Assembly (NCBI GenBank): GCA_013239625.1
Contig: MU055362.1
Span: forward strand, 16,599,405-16,663,404
From: Lama guanicoe
Lineage: Eukaryota
DNA length: 64,000 nucleotides
Direction: 5' to 3'
Part shown: positions 13,224-40,403 of the stretch, one piece after another
Layout of the letters: each line of letters opens with the position of its first letter
Numbering within the stretch: the first letter of the stretch is position 1
Position numbers and translations under genes: made by a program
Notes under the pieces: model-generated
What the model saw: only the letters and a program-made list of their open reading frames with translations
Databases searched by the model: none
What the model was told of the DNA's origin: nothing

Positions 13224-13507
13224 GCTTTCCTGGGCTACCGGGCTCCCAGCCTCTGCAGCTCTCAGACCCGCCTTCCTCTCCGCGAGTCTCCTCCGCCCTC
13301 ACACCCATCACGCGTAACGTCACGCTTGACGCTCACCAGCTTTAGGGGCGGGGGCTCCCTCCGTGCATCCGCCTGACGTGGCCAGGGATTGGCAGAACCG
13401 AGGGGCGATGGGTGTTATTAGGGGCGACGCCCCTAGCCCGGGCCACGGAGACCTGGCCCTACTCTGCCTCAGAGCCAATCCAGGCTCAGGATCAGTTCAA
13501 GCCGCGT
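13224..13507 (-). other. SFXN3: Probable non-coding 5' exon of SFXN3
   Basis: Donor GGAAAGC|GTGAGT at 13224/13223; polypyrimidine-CAG acceptor at 13508-13510; CpG-rich with CRE-like, GC-box and CCAAT motifs (may also act as an internal promoter). Confidence 0.55.
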
Positions 13508-14179
13508 CTGCAGCGGGAGTGAGGAGGGGAGGGGCCGCGGGTGCTGCCCCATTTGCTTGCAGTCCCTTGGCTGGCCTCGGGAGGCACAGGGCGTCTGCCT
13601 CAAGGAATCTAGGTACCCAAGGCGAAGGCTTGCAGCGAGCTGGACTAAGACAGGCGGCGTGGAGGGGCCATCCTTTGATGGTGCGCACTGAGGGACTCGG
13701 ATTACTTGTTTACTTGATGGCTGCCTTGGCAGTGGCCTCTGCCTACTTGGTCCCCTGGGTTCCTTACCCCGGTTCCCCCAAGCTTCTCTCGCGGCACCTC
13801 GGCATTTGCACCCCTTCACAATCTGATTTTGCCCTTCTGTGTCCCCAGCCCATTCCTCCCCACCTCCAGTCCCTTCCTTACCCCTCTCTGTAACCTCTAG
13901 CTCCACTGAGTCCCCAGTTCCCTTACGCCCCCAATCCCTACTCCTGCATCACAGACTCTAGCCCCAGTCCCTGCCCTGGATGTGAAGGGGCAGAAGGCTC
14001 AAGGTATCTCTGCATCAAATAAGTGGATCAAAAAGACTCTTCCTCCTCCTAGTGTCCTGAGACCAGTTGCCCACCTTGTGTCCGTCCCAGAACTGATTGG
14101 CCAGAGAGACACTTTCTGACTTGAGAGGATGCATGTGAAGAAAGCCCCGCTTAGCCTCCTCCCCGCCCCGCCCCAACTC

Positions 14180-14690
14180 ACTTAGTCACCATACAGAGCA
14201 TGCGTGCCGCACACCCAGGCGCCAGCCCACTCTCCTGCACACCGCGGGCGCTCTTCCTGCTCTGCCCAGTGGCATTCCCTCACTGAGGCCTCAGGGATGA
14301 CCGCAGAGGGTTGGCGATTCCATGAGCCCTGGAGGCCTGGAGAAGACGCTTTTTCGGGCTCCCCTGTACTGAACCGGTAACGGGAGAGGGGCGAGCTGAG
14401 ACCCAAGCCCTAAGTTCGCGGGGCGAGTTGGGACATCGGAACTCGAATTGGATCTGGTAGAGCCCAGCGGCCCCAGCCCAGGTTACGAACGCCTGTCCCG
14501 GGCACCCAAAGGAGGTGGTAGGGGAGTAACTGGCAGCCCTCCCAGCCAATGGGAGCCCGGGCTGCGCAGGCCAGCCCCATTCCTGCAGCCTCCGCGGGGG
14601 CGTGGGCGGGGATCCCCTTGCTGCGACTGTTGCTCGCGCCCGCGGGCTGGCGAGACCGGCGGCGTCGGACAGGCGAGCAGGTGAGCGGAC
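14180..14690. promoter_or_regulatory. Bidirectional CpG-island promoter shared by SFXN3 and PDZD7
   Basis: CpG-rich; CCAAT 14546-14550; GC box ~14604; PDZD7 non-coding exon 1 donor CAG|GTGAGC at 14680/14681; candidate SFXN3 first-exon donor GTGAGT on minus strand at 14181. Confidence 0.7.
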
Positions 14691-15526
14691 CCAGGAGGAC
14701 AGGGCCGGGGTTAGGGTGCTGCGTTCTGGATCCCGGAGCTGCTCTTGGGGTCTTGGTCCAGGTTTTCGTCGGATGTTGTGGAGCTCTTGCCAGCAGGTCC
14801 TTCCCCCAAGGCTGGAAGAGGTTCACACACCTCTTTAGACGGAAGGGGAGAGGGAACAGAGAGGAGGGCAGCCTGGGACCTGGGGATCTCTGGGGGCCAG
14901 GGAATCTTTGAGGCCCTTGGCCGCAGCTGTCTCAGGTTCTGAATCCTCTCGAGGCCTGAACCCCTGGGGCTGGCCTACCCACAGACAGAGGAGAGGTGGT
15001 ACAGTGAACTGTCCTGGCCCAAATTTGTGTCACACTGCTTGAAGCCCTAGGACCTGAAATAATCCCATCTCCACTCTGTCAACCTCTACTGAAGACTGGG
15101 GACCTACCGGAATAGATGACTCAGCTGACAGCAGAAACTAACTAGGGATGAAAGAGAGGTTCCCACCTGCCTGCTTGTATAAACGGCTCCAAAAGTCCAT
15201 GATGGTGCCTGAACTGGGCAGTTCTCTGGCCTGGGGTAGGAGAGGAGAGGGGCCAAGGCTTGGGAGGCAGACTGCTCAAACCAGAGGGAAGGGTGGAAGT
15301 TCTGGGGGGCAGCAGGAGCAGCATTCACACCCGTTCCCCAATGCCTGCTCTCCCTGCGCAGGTCTGGAGCACACACTCCTGAGAAGCAGCGGAGGTGGGG
15401 GGATCCCGGTCCCTGAGAACCCTGTCTGCACAGAATGCTGATGGAGCTGGGGGCATGCGGGACCCTCCTCTCAAGGGCTAGCAGGTTCCTTCTGGACCTA
15501 TAGGGCGCCGCCCCAGTCTAGCCACC

Positions 15527-30938
<15,412 letters not shown>

Positions 30939-31665
30939 CCCCTTGGTGGTACTCCAGTAACCTCCCACTGGCTCCCAGAACCTCCCACTAATGCCCTTCC
31001 CACCCATACCCAGAGCCCTCCCACTGCCAGACTTCTCCAGCTGACCCCTAGCCCAGTCCTCTCCAGTCCTCCTGATTCTAATCCCAGGCTCTTCCTAGCT
31101 ATTCCTTAACTCTTCCCACTCACCCCAGAGAATCCTCCTGCCATCCTTTACTAACCTCCTCAGGACTCAGGAACCTCCCACTCCTGCTTGCCTTGCCTAC
31201 TCCTCAAGCTCCACACTGGTGGCTCAGATCCCCTGCCCCCACCTTTCTCCCTCCCCAGTTGTCAGTAAGGCTCTGCCCATTCCAGATAAACTTGGTGTCA
31301 AGGACAAGGTGCTACTGGGCAGCCTGTGACACCCACCCACTGCCCCCAACCTCCCAAGACAGGAACAGGGTGGAGAAACCCAAGGTCTGGAGCTTGAGAT
31401 TGGTGTGCACTTTCTCCTGATTCCCCCAAGCAGTGAGGGACAGGGACTCTCAGATGGGGCCCTCAAGGGGTCACTGCACCCAACCCCAAGCCCCAAGCTC
31501 CAAGCAGTACAAGAGACAGTATGGGAGGCTTTTCTAGTTTCTCAAACTCCAAGAGACCATTATGTTGTGGTCCACTAGGACCTCAGACTTTCTACTGGAT
31601 TTATCCTTCCCCCAACACCTTTTCTCCCCTTAAGATCTCTACGAGGGGTAGGGGTATAGCCAGCA

Positions 31666-31860
31666 AATAAAGAGGGTGTGAAGGGTCACACAAGTTCCCA
31701 TAATCTTGATCCAGCACATTCATCTTTTTTTAAAAACAAGATTTTTTAATTTTGTCTTTGGGTTTGTACAAGAAATTTACAATGTGAAAACTATACAAGT
31801 GAAAACGAGGCCATAAACCCGGGTGTGGGAAGGGGCCACTTGGTCACAAACACAAATAAA
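31666..31860. terminator. Convergent poly(A) signals of PDZD7 and LZTS2
   Basis: Plus-strand AATAAA 31666-31671 and 31855-31860; minus-strand ATTAAA 31745-31750. Confidence 0.55.
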
Positions 31861-32368
31861 CGAGACATTTCTGAGTTCTTCCTTTGGTCTGACTACAGCC
31901 TCCTCACCCCAGGAGAGAGGCTGCAGAGCTGGAACCTGGGGGTCATACCCCAGTCCCAGCCCCTTCCCCAACATGGACAGGGTGGGGGCAGGCACATCTG
32001 GAACAGCTGGCGCTGTCTGGCTCTCTCTGGCTTTGGGGTAGGGAGGAGTGTGGAGATGAGGGAGCCCCTTTTTTTCCCCAGCCCCCTGGCTGGGTAGGCT
32101 GGCCAGCGCCTGGGGTGAATGGGGTTGGCAGAGTGGCAATGGCAGCAGCTGGGAGTGAAATAGGTGGAGTGAGTAGGAGCCTCTCCGTGACAGTGAACAT
32201 GGGGACCTTCAGGGAGTCTGATCTTGCTCATCTAAGTCATAGGGCAGCCCTGAGTCCTTGGCAGAGGCCCAGAGGCCTGGATCCCAAGGGACGAGCAGCT
32301 CTGGAGCCCTCAGTGGACCTGAGGCCACTGCCCCCATTCAGTAGAGCACAGAGCTGGATGCCAAGGCC

Positions 32369-35300
32369 CTAGATTTCGGTGGCAGTGATCTCCTCCAGGC
32401 AGATGCAGGGAGCCGGCTCTGCCAGACCCAGGTCAGCGAGTTCCCGGGCCTCCAGCTCCAGGCTGAGCTGTTGAAGCTCCTGCTCCAGCTGCCGGTTGCG
32501 ACGGTACATCTGGATGTAGTTGTGCTGCAGCTGCTTCTGGTAGCGGATCACCTGCTCCTTCTCCGCCTGCCAGGCCAGCCGCTCCCCTTCGAAGCTGTCC
32601 CGCTGCTCCTCGCCCCTCCGTCGCTCCCGCTGTAGCTCCGCCCGGAGCCGCTCCACCTGGGCCCGCAGGCTGCCCCCCACCCCAGCTGCCGCCCGCTGTG
32701 CCTTGGCCTCATCACTCTCTGCCAGGAGGAATGGGTCAGCAGTGGCAGGTGGCACAGGAGGTTCCCGGAGACCGGCTGCCTCAGTGTCCAACTGCCCAGC
32801 TTTCTCCCGCAGCCGCTCGGCCTCCTGGCGGTGCCGCTGCAGCTCCTGAGAACAGGCCTCCAGCTCCAGCTCCCGAGTTCGGGCAGCCTCCTGGAGGCCC
32901 CGTGCCCGGCCCTCACTGACCCGCAGCGCTGCCCGAGCCTCCCGAAGCGCCACTCGCAGCGCCACCAGCTCACTGCCCTTCTGCACCAGCTCTGCTTGAG
33001 ACTCCTTCAGTTGCTGCTTCAGTAGGGAAATCTCGCCTGACTTCTGGCACACCTGGGGATGGGAGAGAATTGGGAAGGATGGTGAGAAGGGTTCTCCCAG
33101 GGTCAGGCCCTGACATCATGCTGGGCATTTGGGGAGAGGTTTGATCATTACATCCATTTTACAGAAGGAGATACTGAGACAAGCCTAGTGACACATCCAA
33201 GGTCATACAGCTATTAAGTGGCTAAAGTGGAATATAAACCCAGATCTTTTTCCTTCAAAGCTGGTGTCTTTAAATCACCATGAAGCACCAGAGCCCTATG
33301 GACTGGTTGGTGGCCAGTTTTGCAGGCTGTGCCTCAATTTCCAGTTAAGAGGCACTACAGTATCTTGGTGAAAAGTAGAGACATTGGAGCCAGACTGCCT
33401 CGGTTCAGATCTCAGCTTGGTGTGTCCTGCTGCTCCTCGCCCCTCCATTGCTTCTGCTATAGCCCCACCTAGAGCCGCTCCACCTAGGCCCTCAGGCTGC
33501 CCATGACCCCGACTGCTGCCCGCTGTGCCTTGGCCTCATCACTCTCTGCCAGCAGGAATGGGTCAGCCGTGGGTCAGTCACTGACTAGGTGTGATTTTTG
33601 GCTCCAACTTTTTGGGTCTCACCTTCCTCATCTCTAAAATGAGGATGTTAACAGTACCCACTCCCCAGGGTTATTATGAGGACCAGATGATACACTCTGT
33701 GTAACATGCTTAGAATAGAGTAGCAAGCACTACATTCTCAGTCTTATCGACGGGAAGGCAGTAGATGGGGATGCCACTGGCTACGTGAACATTTAGAGGA
33801 CCAATGAGGAGACCCCTACACCCAGAGAGGGAGGTCAGAGGGGGTGACACAAAGGTGAGGAAGGGGGGCCCTCTAGGGGTGACAGGCCGAGGGGGTGTGG
33901 CTGGGCCCCTCTTTCCAGGGCTTGCCCCCCAACAGCCCCTGCTCCTGCCCATCCTGGTCTGGCCCACCTCCCACTTGGTCTCCTCGAGTCGAGGCCCGAG
34001 CTCCCGCTGCTCCCGCTCAAAGGTGGCGCAGCGCCGCTCCAGCTGCTCACGTTCCTGCAGCAGCTGCGCAAAGTCGTCCTGCAGCTGCCGCTTCTCCTGC
34101 TGAAGCTGGAACACCTGAAGCTGCAGCAGCTGTTGGGCCCGCTGTGCCCGCTGCGCCTGGGCCACACCGTCCTCTCGCAGGGCCTCGCGCTCGCGCTGCC
34201 AGTGCCGCTGCCGTTCCTCATACACCTGCAGGGGAGAGGGCAGGCCTGGGTCCCCGCGGCTCCCCCAAACCTTGAGCCCTGGCCGCCCCCAGCTCCCCAG
34301 TCACCGACTGCCCTGGCGGCCCTGTCCTGGGCTCAGGGAGAGTGGATTCCATTCAACAGTGACAATGATTATGACAGCAATAGTAACAGCTGCTTTTATG
34401 AAAAGAGAAACAACAGCAGTAAGAAGAGCAAGCACTTACGTGGCACTTCCTAGGTGCCTGGCATTATGTCAGTCTAAGCACTTTACACCCTTTGCCTTAC
34501 TTAATCCGCATGATAACCCTGAGGCCAGAAATACAGATGAGGAAAACTGAGGCTCAGTACAATTAAGTAACTTGCTCAAGTCTGAAAGACAGTAAGTGGC
34601 GGTGCTGGGTTAACAAATCTACAGGTTAAGCCAGACAGGTAGGGTGGGGATGGGGTCACAGTGCAACTGCCCAACACCTGCCTCTCAGCACAGACACTAT
34701 GCTCCCTGTATTCCCAGCACCTGTGGATGTCCTGCCATGCCACCCCCGTCACTGTCGCTGACCACACCTGGCACATGGTCACCTCATTCTCGTCCAGACC
34801 GTCCCGCAGCTGCTGCAGCTCTGCCTCCCGGTCTCGGAGCTTTCCTTCGAGGACACAGTGCAGCAGGGCCTCATCCGAAGGCCCGGGGACCGCTGCCCAA
34901 GAGCCCCCCAGCCACGCGGCCCCCCAGGGAGCCTGTGCTCTTGCTGGAGGACGATCGACCGCTGTCAGAGTGGGAGGGCCCAGCAGGGGCCCCTCGGGCT
35001 GGCCCAGGCAGTGCCCCCCTCCCAGGGCCATGGGAGGGCAGGTGCCCGCCTGGGGAGCTAGTGGCCGGCTCTGCACCCCCGGTGCTGTAAGTAGGCAAGC
35101 TGGACAGTGAGTTTCGGCCGGAGTCGGATAGCGTCCCCGACGGGCAGCCGCTGGCCCAGCCACTCAGCGTCAGAGGTTTGTCGGCTGCCGAGGAGGAGGA
35201 GGAAGAGGAGGAGGAGGCAGGGCCCCCAAACAGCTGTGTTAGGCTGCCTTGGCTCCCCGACAGTCCAGCAGCCCGAGGACCCAGGAAGCTAGGTAGGGAT

Positions 35301-36405
35301 GGTGCCCCTCGAGGTTTGGGCAGCACTGGCTTGAAGGCTGTTGGGCGGATCAGGATTTTCTCCATGTTCTGAAATGAGGTGCCATGTGACATGGGGGATG
35401 AGCTGCCCAATCTTTCAAAGCCTTTATCACACTCCCTGCCCTCCCATCTGGGGCCCCCAAACCCATAGATTAATAACAATCGCTACCACTGGCTGAGGGC
35501 CTTCTGAGGGTCAGCTTTGTCAAGCAGTTTAAGAAGTTCCTCTCTAATCATTACAACAGTCCAACAAGCAAAATTATCACTATCCCCATGTTACAGATGA
35601 GGAAATGAAGGCTCAGCAGAGTTACGGGCCTTGCTCAAAGTTAAATACATAGTTGTTGTATAATAACAGTATTTCCAGGCAGCTAACATTTATTGAATAC
35701 AGATTACATGTCAGGTACTAGGCTAAACACTTTACACACATTATTCAATTTAATTCTCACAACAATCCTATGAGAGTTGAACTATTACCTCCATTTTATA
35801 GATATAGAAACTGAGGCTGAGAAAGGTTAAATTACTTCCCTGGGATCATACAACCAGAATGAGGTAGGGGCGGAATGAAAACCCAGGTCTTGTGAATCTG
35901 GAGCCCACACTTTTTCCTCTAAATAGGCCTCCAAATTTCAGCTTCTCCAGGGGATCCCTGATTCCACCCAGGCTCCAAAGGAGTGGCTGGTCCTCACCTT
36001 CTCCAGCTTTCCAGAGACAGGGATGAGCTTGGGTGGGGGGCCTCGGAGATGGGCATTGCGTGCCCGCTGCTCTCGGGCATCTTCAATGTCACTGCTTGGG
36101 CTGGGGGGTGACTCTGTCCGGAAGTCCTCGTTGACGTAGGTAAAGCTGGTGCCAGGGACAGCCTTCCTGGGAGGCACAGCTGGGCAGAGCGGCTCCTGTG
36201 CCTCATAGCCACTTCGCAGCAGCCCATCCTGCTGGCGGAAGAAGGTAGGCCCAGGGGGGCCGTGGTGGCGGGGAGGAGCCGGCCCCCCGGGGCAGGGCCG
36301 GCCCGAGATGAGGCTACTCACGCTGCCCATGACTGGAGCTTGTGGGGCAGTGGTGGCCTCAGGAGCGGGCTCGAGTGGCACCGGCAGTGTCTGCACAATG
36401 GCCAT
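32369..36405 (-). CDS. LZTS2: Leucine zipper putative tumor suppressor 2; frameshifted in coding exon 2 in this assembly
   Basis: Exons: 35998-36405 (MAIVQTLPVP...MGSVSSLIS), 34768-35368 (601 nt, not divisible by 3, frameshift near 34879), 33968-34225, 32369-33052 (coiled coil ending EEITATEI*). Confidence 0.93.
33350..33740 (+). mobile_element. MIR SINE split by the LZTS2 exon-fragment insertion
   Basis: 5' part GGAGCCAGACTGCCTCGGTTCAGATCTCAGCT (to ~33420); 3' part resumes CACTGACTAG...CCTCATCTCTAAAATGAGGAT (from ~33578). Confidence 0.7.
33423..33572 (-). pseudogene. Decayed intronic duplicate of a fragment of the LZTS2 last exon
   Basis: Ungapped match to 32596-32745 (offset 827), 130/150 identical by hand count; in-frame TAG stops. 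Confidence 0.9.
34430..34640 (-). mobile_element. MIR SINE
   Basis: ACAGATGAGGAAAACTGAGGCTCAG...AAGTAACTTGCTCAAG. Confidence 0.65.
35480..35920 (-). mobile_element. Two adjacent MIR SINEs
   Basis: TTACAGATGAGGAAATGAAGGCTCAG and CCATTTTATAGATATAGAAACTGAGGCTGAG cores. Confidence 0.65.
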
Positions 36406-38819
36406 GGCAGCAGAGGCGCAGGCCTCGCCGAGGGCCTCCAGGGAAACCTGTGAGCAGGGCAGTGGTGTCAGAGTCTCTTCACTTTGACCTCCCTCCCTAA
36501 ATAAGGCCGTAAGTCCCTTTCCTGGCTCTTCGTCCCAGGTCAGACAGCCCCCTGACATCAGTTACATGCCCTGGACCGTCCCAAGGCTCTCCCTCCGAGC
36601 ACCGGCAAGAACTTCAATTCTTCCTGGGCCCCAGACCGCTGTCTAAGTCTGGTCTGAACAGAACTGAGGACAGAGTCGACTGAGCAGGGATTATGAGGGG
36701 ATGGGAGGCCTAGTGGTTACGCAGGGCCCTTGGCAGCAGGGGCCCAGGCCCCAGTCCAAACCTGCATCCCCCACAGAGGCTGGGACTCAAGAAGGGAGCC
36801 CTCTCTACCAGCTCCCAGCATGGTTCCCTCGTCCCCTGAGACAGGTGGCCTCATTAGAGGCAGTTTGGGCAACCTCGGGGGTGCAGTCAGCAACTCAGAT
36901 GGTAATTAGGGAACAAAGAGCCAAGGCTAAGCAGTGCCCAGTTTCCCCCAGCCAGGCCTCAGTTTCTCCCAGACAGAGAGGCGGCAAGGCTGGAGCTGGC
37001 CAAACAAGAAACCCAGAGCTCTTAGGGAGCTCACAGGTGCCCTCTGGGGTCTCCTGCCTCCCAGAGGTGGATGCAGGCTCATGCTTGTTTCCATGACAAC
37101 TCCTAGCCTCACCACACCCAATCAATCAGATCTAAAGAAGCCTGCACAGGCTCTGCCAACCTCTAGGAAAACTTCCAGCTTTAGATATTCCCCAGAGTAA
37201 CCCCAAGGGGATGCCGGTAGAAGCCCTACCATCACCTCTGGCAGCTGCTCCAAGACCTCACTTCCCTGCAGCCCAGGGAGGAGGGCTCCACCTCCCCAGG
37301 CCCTGCTCCTTCCTGGAAGAGGACAGCAAGTCTCCACCCGGAACTCCCTCCCTAGTCCTGAGGCTGAAGACCAGGGCTCAGGCATCTGCTGAAGTCATCA
37401 TGCAGAGCAGGGGCCAAGAAGTGGACAGAGAATTGCGTGCGTAGGAGTAGGAGTGTGTGCATGTACTTATTTGTGTGTGTGCGACTGCACAAGAGCATGA
37501 AGAAGAACTGTGTATGTGAAAATGTGTGTGAAAACATCATGAATGAGTGTGTGTGTATGTTTGGACAGATGTATGAGTATATTCATATTCACGTGTATAT
37601 ATATGTGACCTCATACGTGCGTATCTTACAATACTGTGTGTGTAAACAGGGTGTGTCTTTTAGTATGTGAAGTTACAAATGCATACAAAGTAAGTGAATT
37701 TGTGGTGTGAGTGTGACTATATGAGAGAATATGTTTGGATAGATGTCCATTCATAGACACATGAGTTTATGTATCTTATACAAGTGTGACCAGGAAATGA
37801 GTGTGCACAAGTGTGTACAGAGGAGTGTATGTACACAGGAGCATGTGTGAGAGGGTGAGAGACTAGGCGGCAAGCAGGGCCAACTAGGTGAGTGGGAGTC
37901 TGGTTTCTATCACTCACTGGAGTGTGGGGAGAGGAGAGACACACATTATCTGACTCCTTTGCTTGATCTGCTCCCCCCCTTTCTTGCCTGTGTTCCATTA
38001 AGTCCACCCCCTACCTCACTACACGAGTCAAAAGACCTGAAGAACAAGGGAGGTGTCCAGACTGAGGGAGGAGGAGCTGGGAGATGGCGATGGGGGGTGA
38101 CTGGTGTCCACAGAGCAAGGGCAGGGCCTGAGTCCCCCTCAACAAGGCAAATGGACACCCCCATCTTCTCCCAGACCACTCCAGGCCATGGAGAAAACAG
38201 TGGGAAGGGGCTTCTTAGGGGGCTGCCGAGGCTGGCATCTCTCTCTGTCTGCATTTCCCCAGTTCAGGGAGCACAGAGAAAGTGGACACTGAGGGGAGGA
38301 GACAGAGAGACAGAGGCCCCAAAAGACAAGAGACAAAGACTTGGAGAGGCCCCAGGGTCAGGGGACCCAGTGAGCCCGGGTCCCTGCACTCCATGGAACC
38401 AGGGGCCCCTCAACCCAGAAAACACATCAAGCTGGGCCTTAAGAGTCAGACACCGAGGGAGCCAGCGCCAGGCGTCTGGAAAGCCAGGCCCAGCCAGCCC
38501 GGCTCCCGCTCTTGGAGCCCGAGAGAGAAGGAGGGGCAAGTGGAGGCTCCATTTTGAGAATTGCGTTTGTGGCTATGAGAAGGGAACCCCTCGTTCTCCC
38601 CAACATCCTTTAGAAGCCGGTCGGGCACAGCACACAGTACCCAGCTCAGTGGGCTGAGGGCAGCTGCGGGCTGGGTCCAGCCAGGGCCCAAGGAAAGTCT
38701 GGCCAAGGTCTGAGCTCCCACAGACCTGTTTGGGAGCAGAAGAGTTGGGGAAAGTCTCCCCCTCACTAAACTCCAACGACCATCCCACGGGATCAAGTCT
38801 GGGATCACGAGCTCCCATT

Positions 38820-39700
38820 CCGAGACAGGAAGCCGGGAGCCCCCCAGGCCTAGTTGCCTCCCAGAGCCGGCCCACCCCCCCTCACCTCCGCCGCGCTGCT
38901 CCATGCTCAGCCCCGGGCCGCCCCCGGCGCTCCACAGGCGCGCCGCCCGGCTCCAGCCCGCGCGCGGCCACTCGGAGCGGCCCGGCCCGGCCCGGCCCCG
39001 CCTCCGCGGCGCCCCCAGCCCGGCCAGGCCCGGCCCCCGCCCTGCCAGAGTGGGCGGTGCAGCGCGAGGGAAGGTCCGAAGGGCGACCCCGCCCCCGGGG
39101 CGCCGACACGCGCAGGCACCGCGCGTCACGCGTGTCCGGCGGGGTACACGCAAGGGCTGCGCTGCGCGACTCGGGATCCTTCCTTCCGAGGAGTAGTGGC
39201 TGTGTGTCTGGGGGCTCGGTCGGCTCAGGACTAGGCGGCGGCGGCAGGTCACCCTCTACCCTTACCCGGGCCCCGGGGCCAGCGGCAGCTGGTCATTGTT
39301 CGAGCACAAAGAGCCCGGCGCCGCGGCGGCCGCCCTTCCCCCTCCGCTCCTCTAGTCGATGCGTGCCCCCCTCCTCCCAGACAAACTCCCCGACTCCCCA
39401 GCTTCGGAGTCCAGAGGTGGAGGCCGAGGGTCGGCTGCCTCCTCCTCACTCTGGGCCTCGCGCCCCAGCACAAGTCGGGGGCCCAGGTTTGGTGGATGCC
39501 TGCCCCACCCGCAAAGGGTTGGAGGCACGGTTGGATTTGCGGAAGTGGCGCCACCTGGCGGCCCATTCGGAGAACACACCCAGTCACCCTCAACCTTGGA
39601 GGCCCCTACCCGATTCCCCAGCACTATACCTTTCCCCAGAGAGCCCAGGCCTTCCCCGAGCGCGGCTTTATGCTCCCCAGTCTTCCCTTCGAGTCATCTG
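38820..39700 (-). promoter_or_regulatory. LZTS2: LZTS2 proximal CpG-island promoter with alternative first exons
   Basis: Dense CpG; minus-strand donors G|GTGAGG (exon end 38886) and G|GTAAGG (exon end 39266); CTCF-like CCGCCAGGTGGCGC at 39548-39561. Confidence 0.7.
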
Positions 39701-40271
39701 CTAAGAGAGGTCATTGCTTGGAGAGAAGTACTCCCTGGGCCCCCCCTCCAAAAGTCACTGGGGTGAGCTGTTCCAAACCTACAGGCCTAACCTACAGTTA
39801 GGCTTACAGCCGGCAACATTCCACCGTCTTCTCAAGGTCACAGATATTCTCACCTTCTTGCAAACAACACAGTCTTAACACCCACATGACTTTTCCCACA
39901 TTCAGTCTCACACAGCCACAATCACACAGTCTCGTCCATCATAAGGTTTCACGTCCGTTCTTTCCAAAATCTCTCAGGCCGACTCACGCACAGAGACATG
40001 CTCGGTGTCACACGCCTGGTTGTGCACAGGCTTCCACAGCTCACAGTTCTTCGCACGCAGTCACAATAGTCTCCTAAGCATCTTTAACACACTGACAATC
40101 TTAGTCACAGAGACAACTTACACATACACCTCGTATTTCACAAACATCTATCACACAGACTTCCCTGTAAGGGTCTCTGTGACCCAGTCAGGTCAGCTGA
40201 TGCCTGCACCCCTGGGCAAGGACAGCCTCCTGCCCCCTAACCCCGCCCCCCAGGGCTAAGGCCTGCCAGAA

Positions 40272-40403
40272 NNNNNNNNNNNNNNNNNNNNNNNNNNNNN
40301 NNNNNNNNNNNNNNNNNNNNNNNNNNNNNNNNNNNNNNNNNNNNNNNNNNNNNNNNNNNNNNNNNNNNNNNNNNNNNNNNNNNNNNNNNNNNNNNNNNNN
40401 NNN
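40272..40403. other. Assembly gap (N run) in the LZTS2 5' region
   Basis: N run. Confidence 0.95.

Noticed and set aside
38446-39704. Long overlapping ORFs (268 aa and 324 aa)
   Set aside because: Pro/Arg/Gly/Ala-rich products of a stop-poor CpG island at the LZTS2 promoter.
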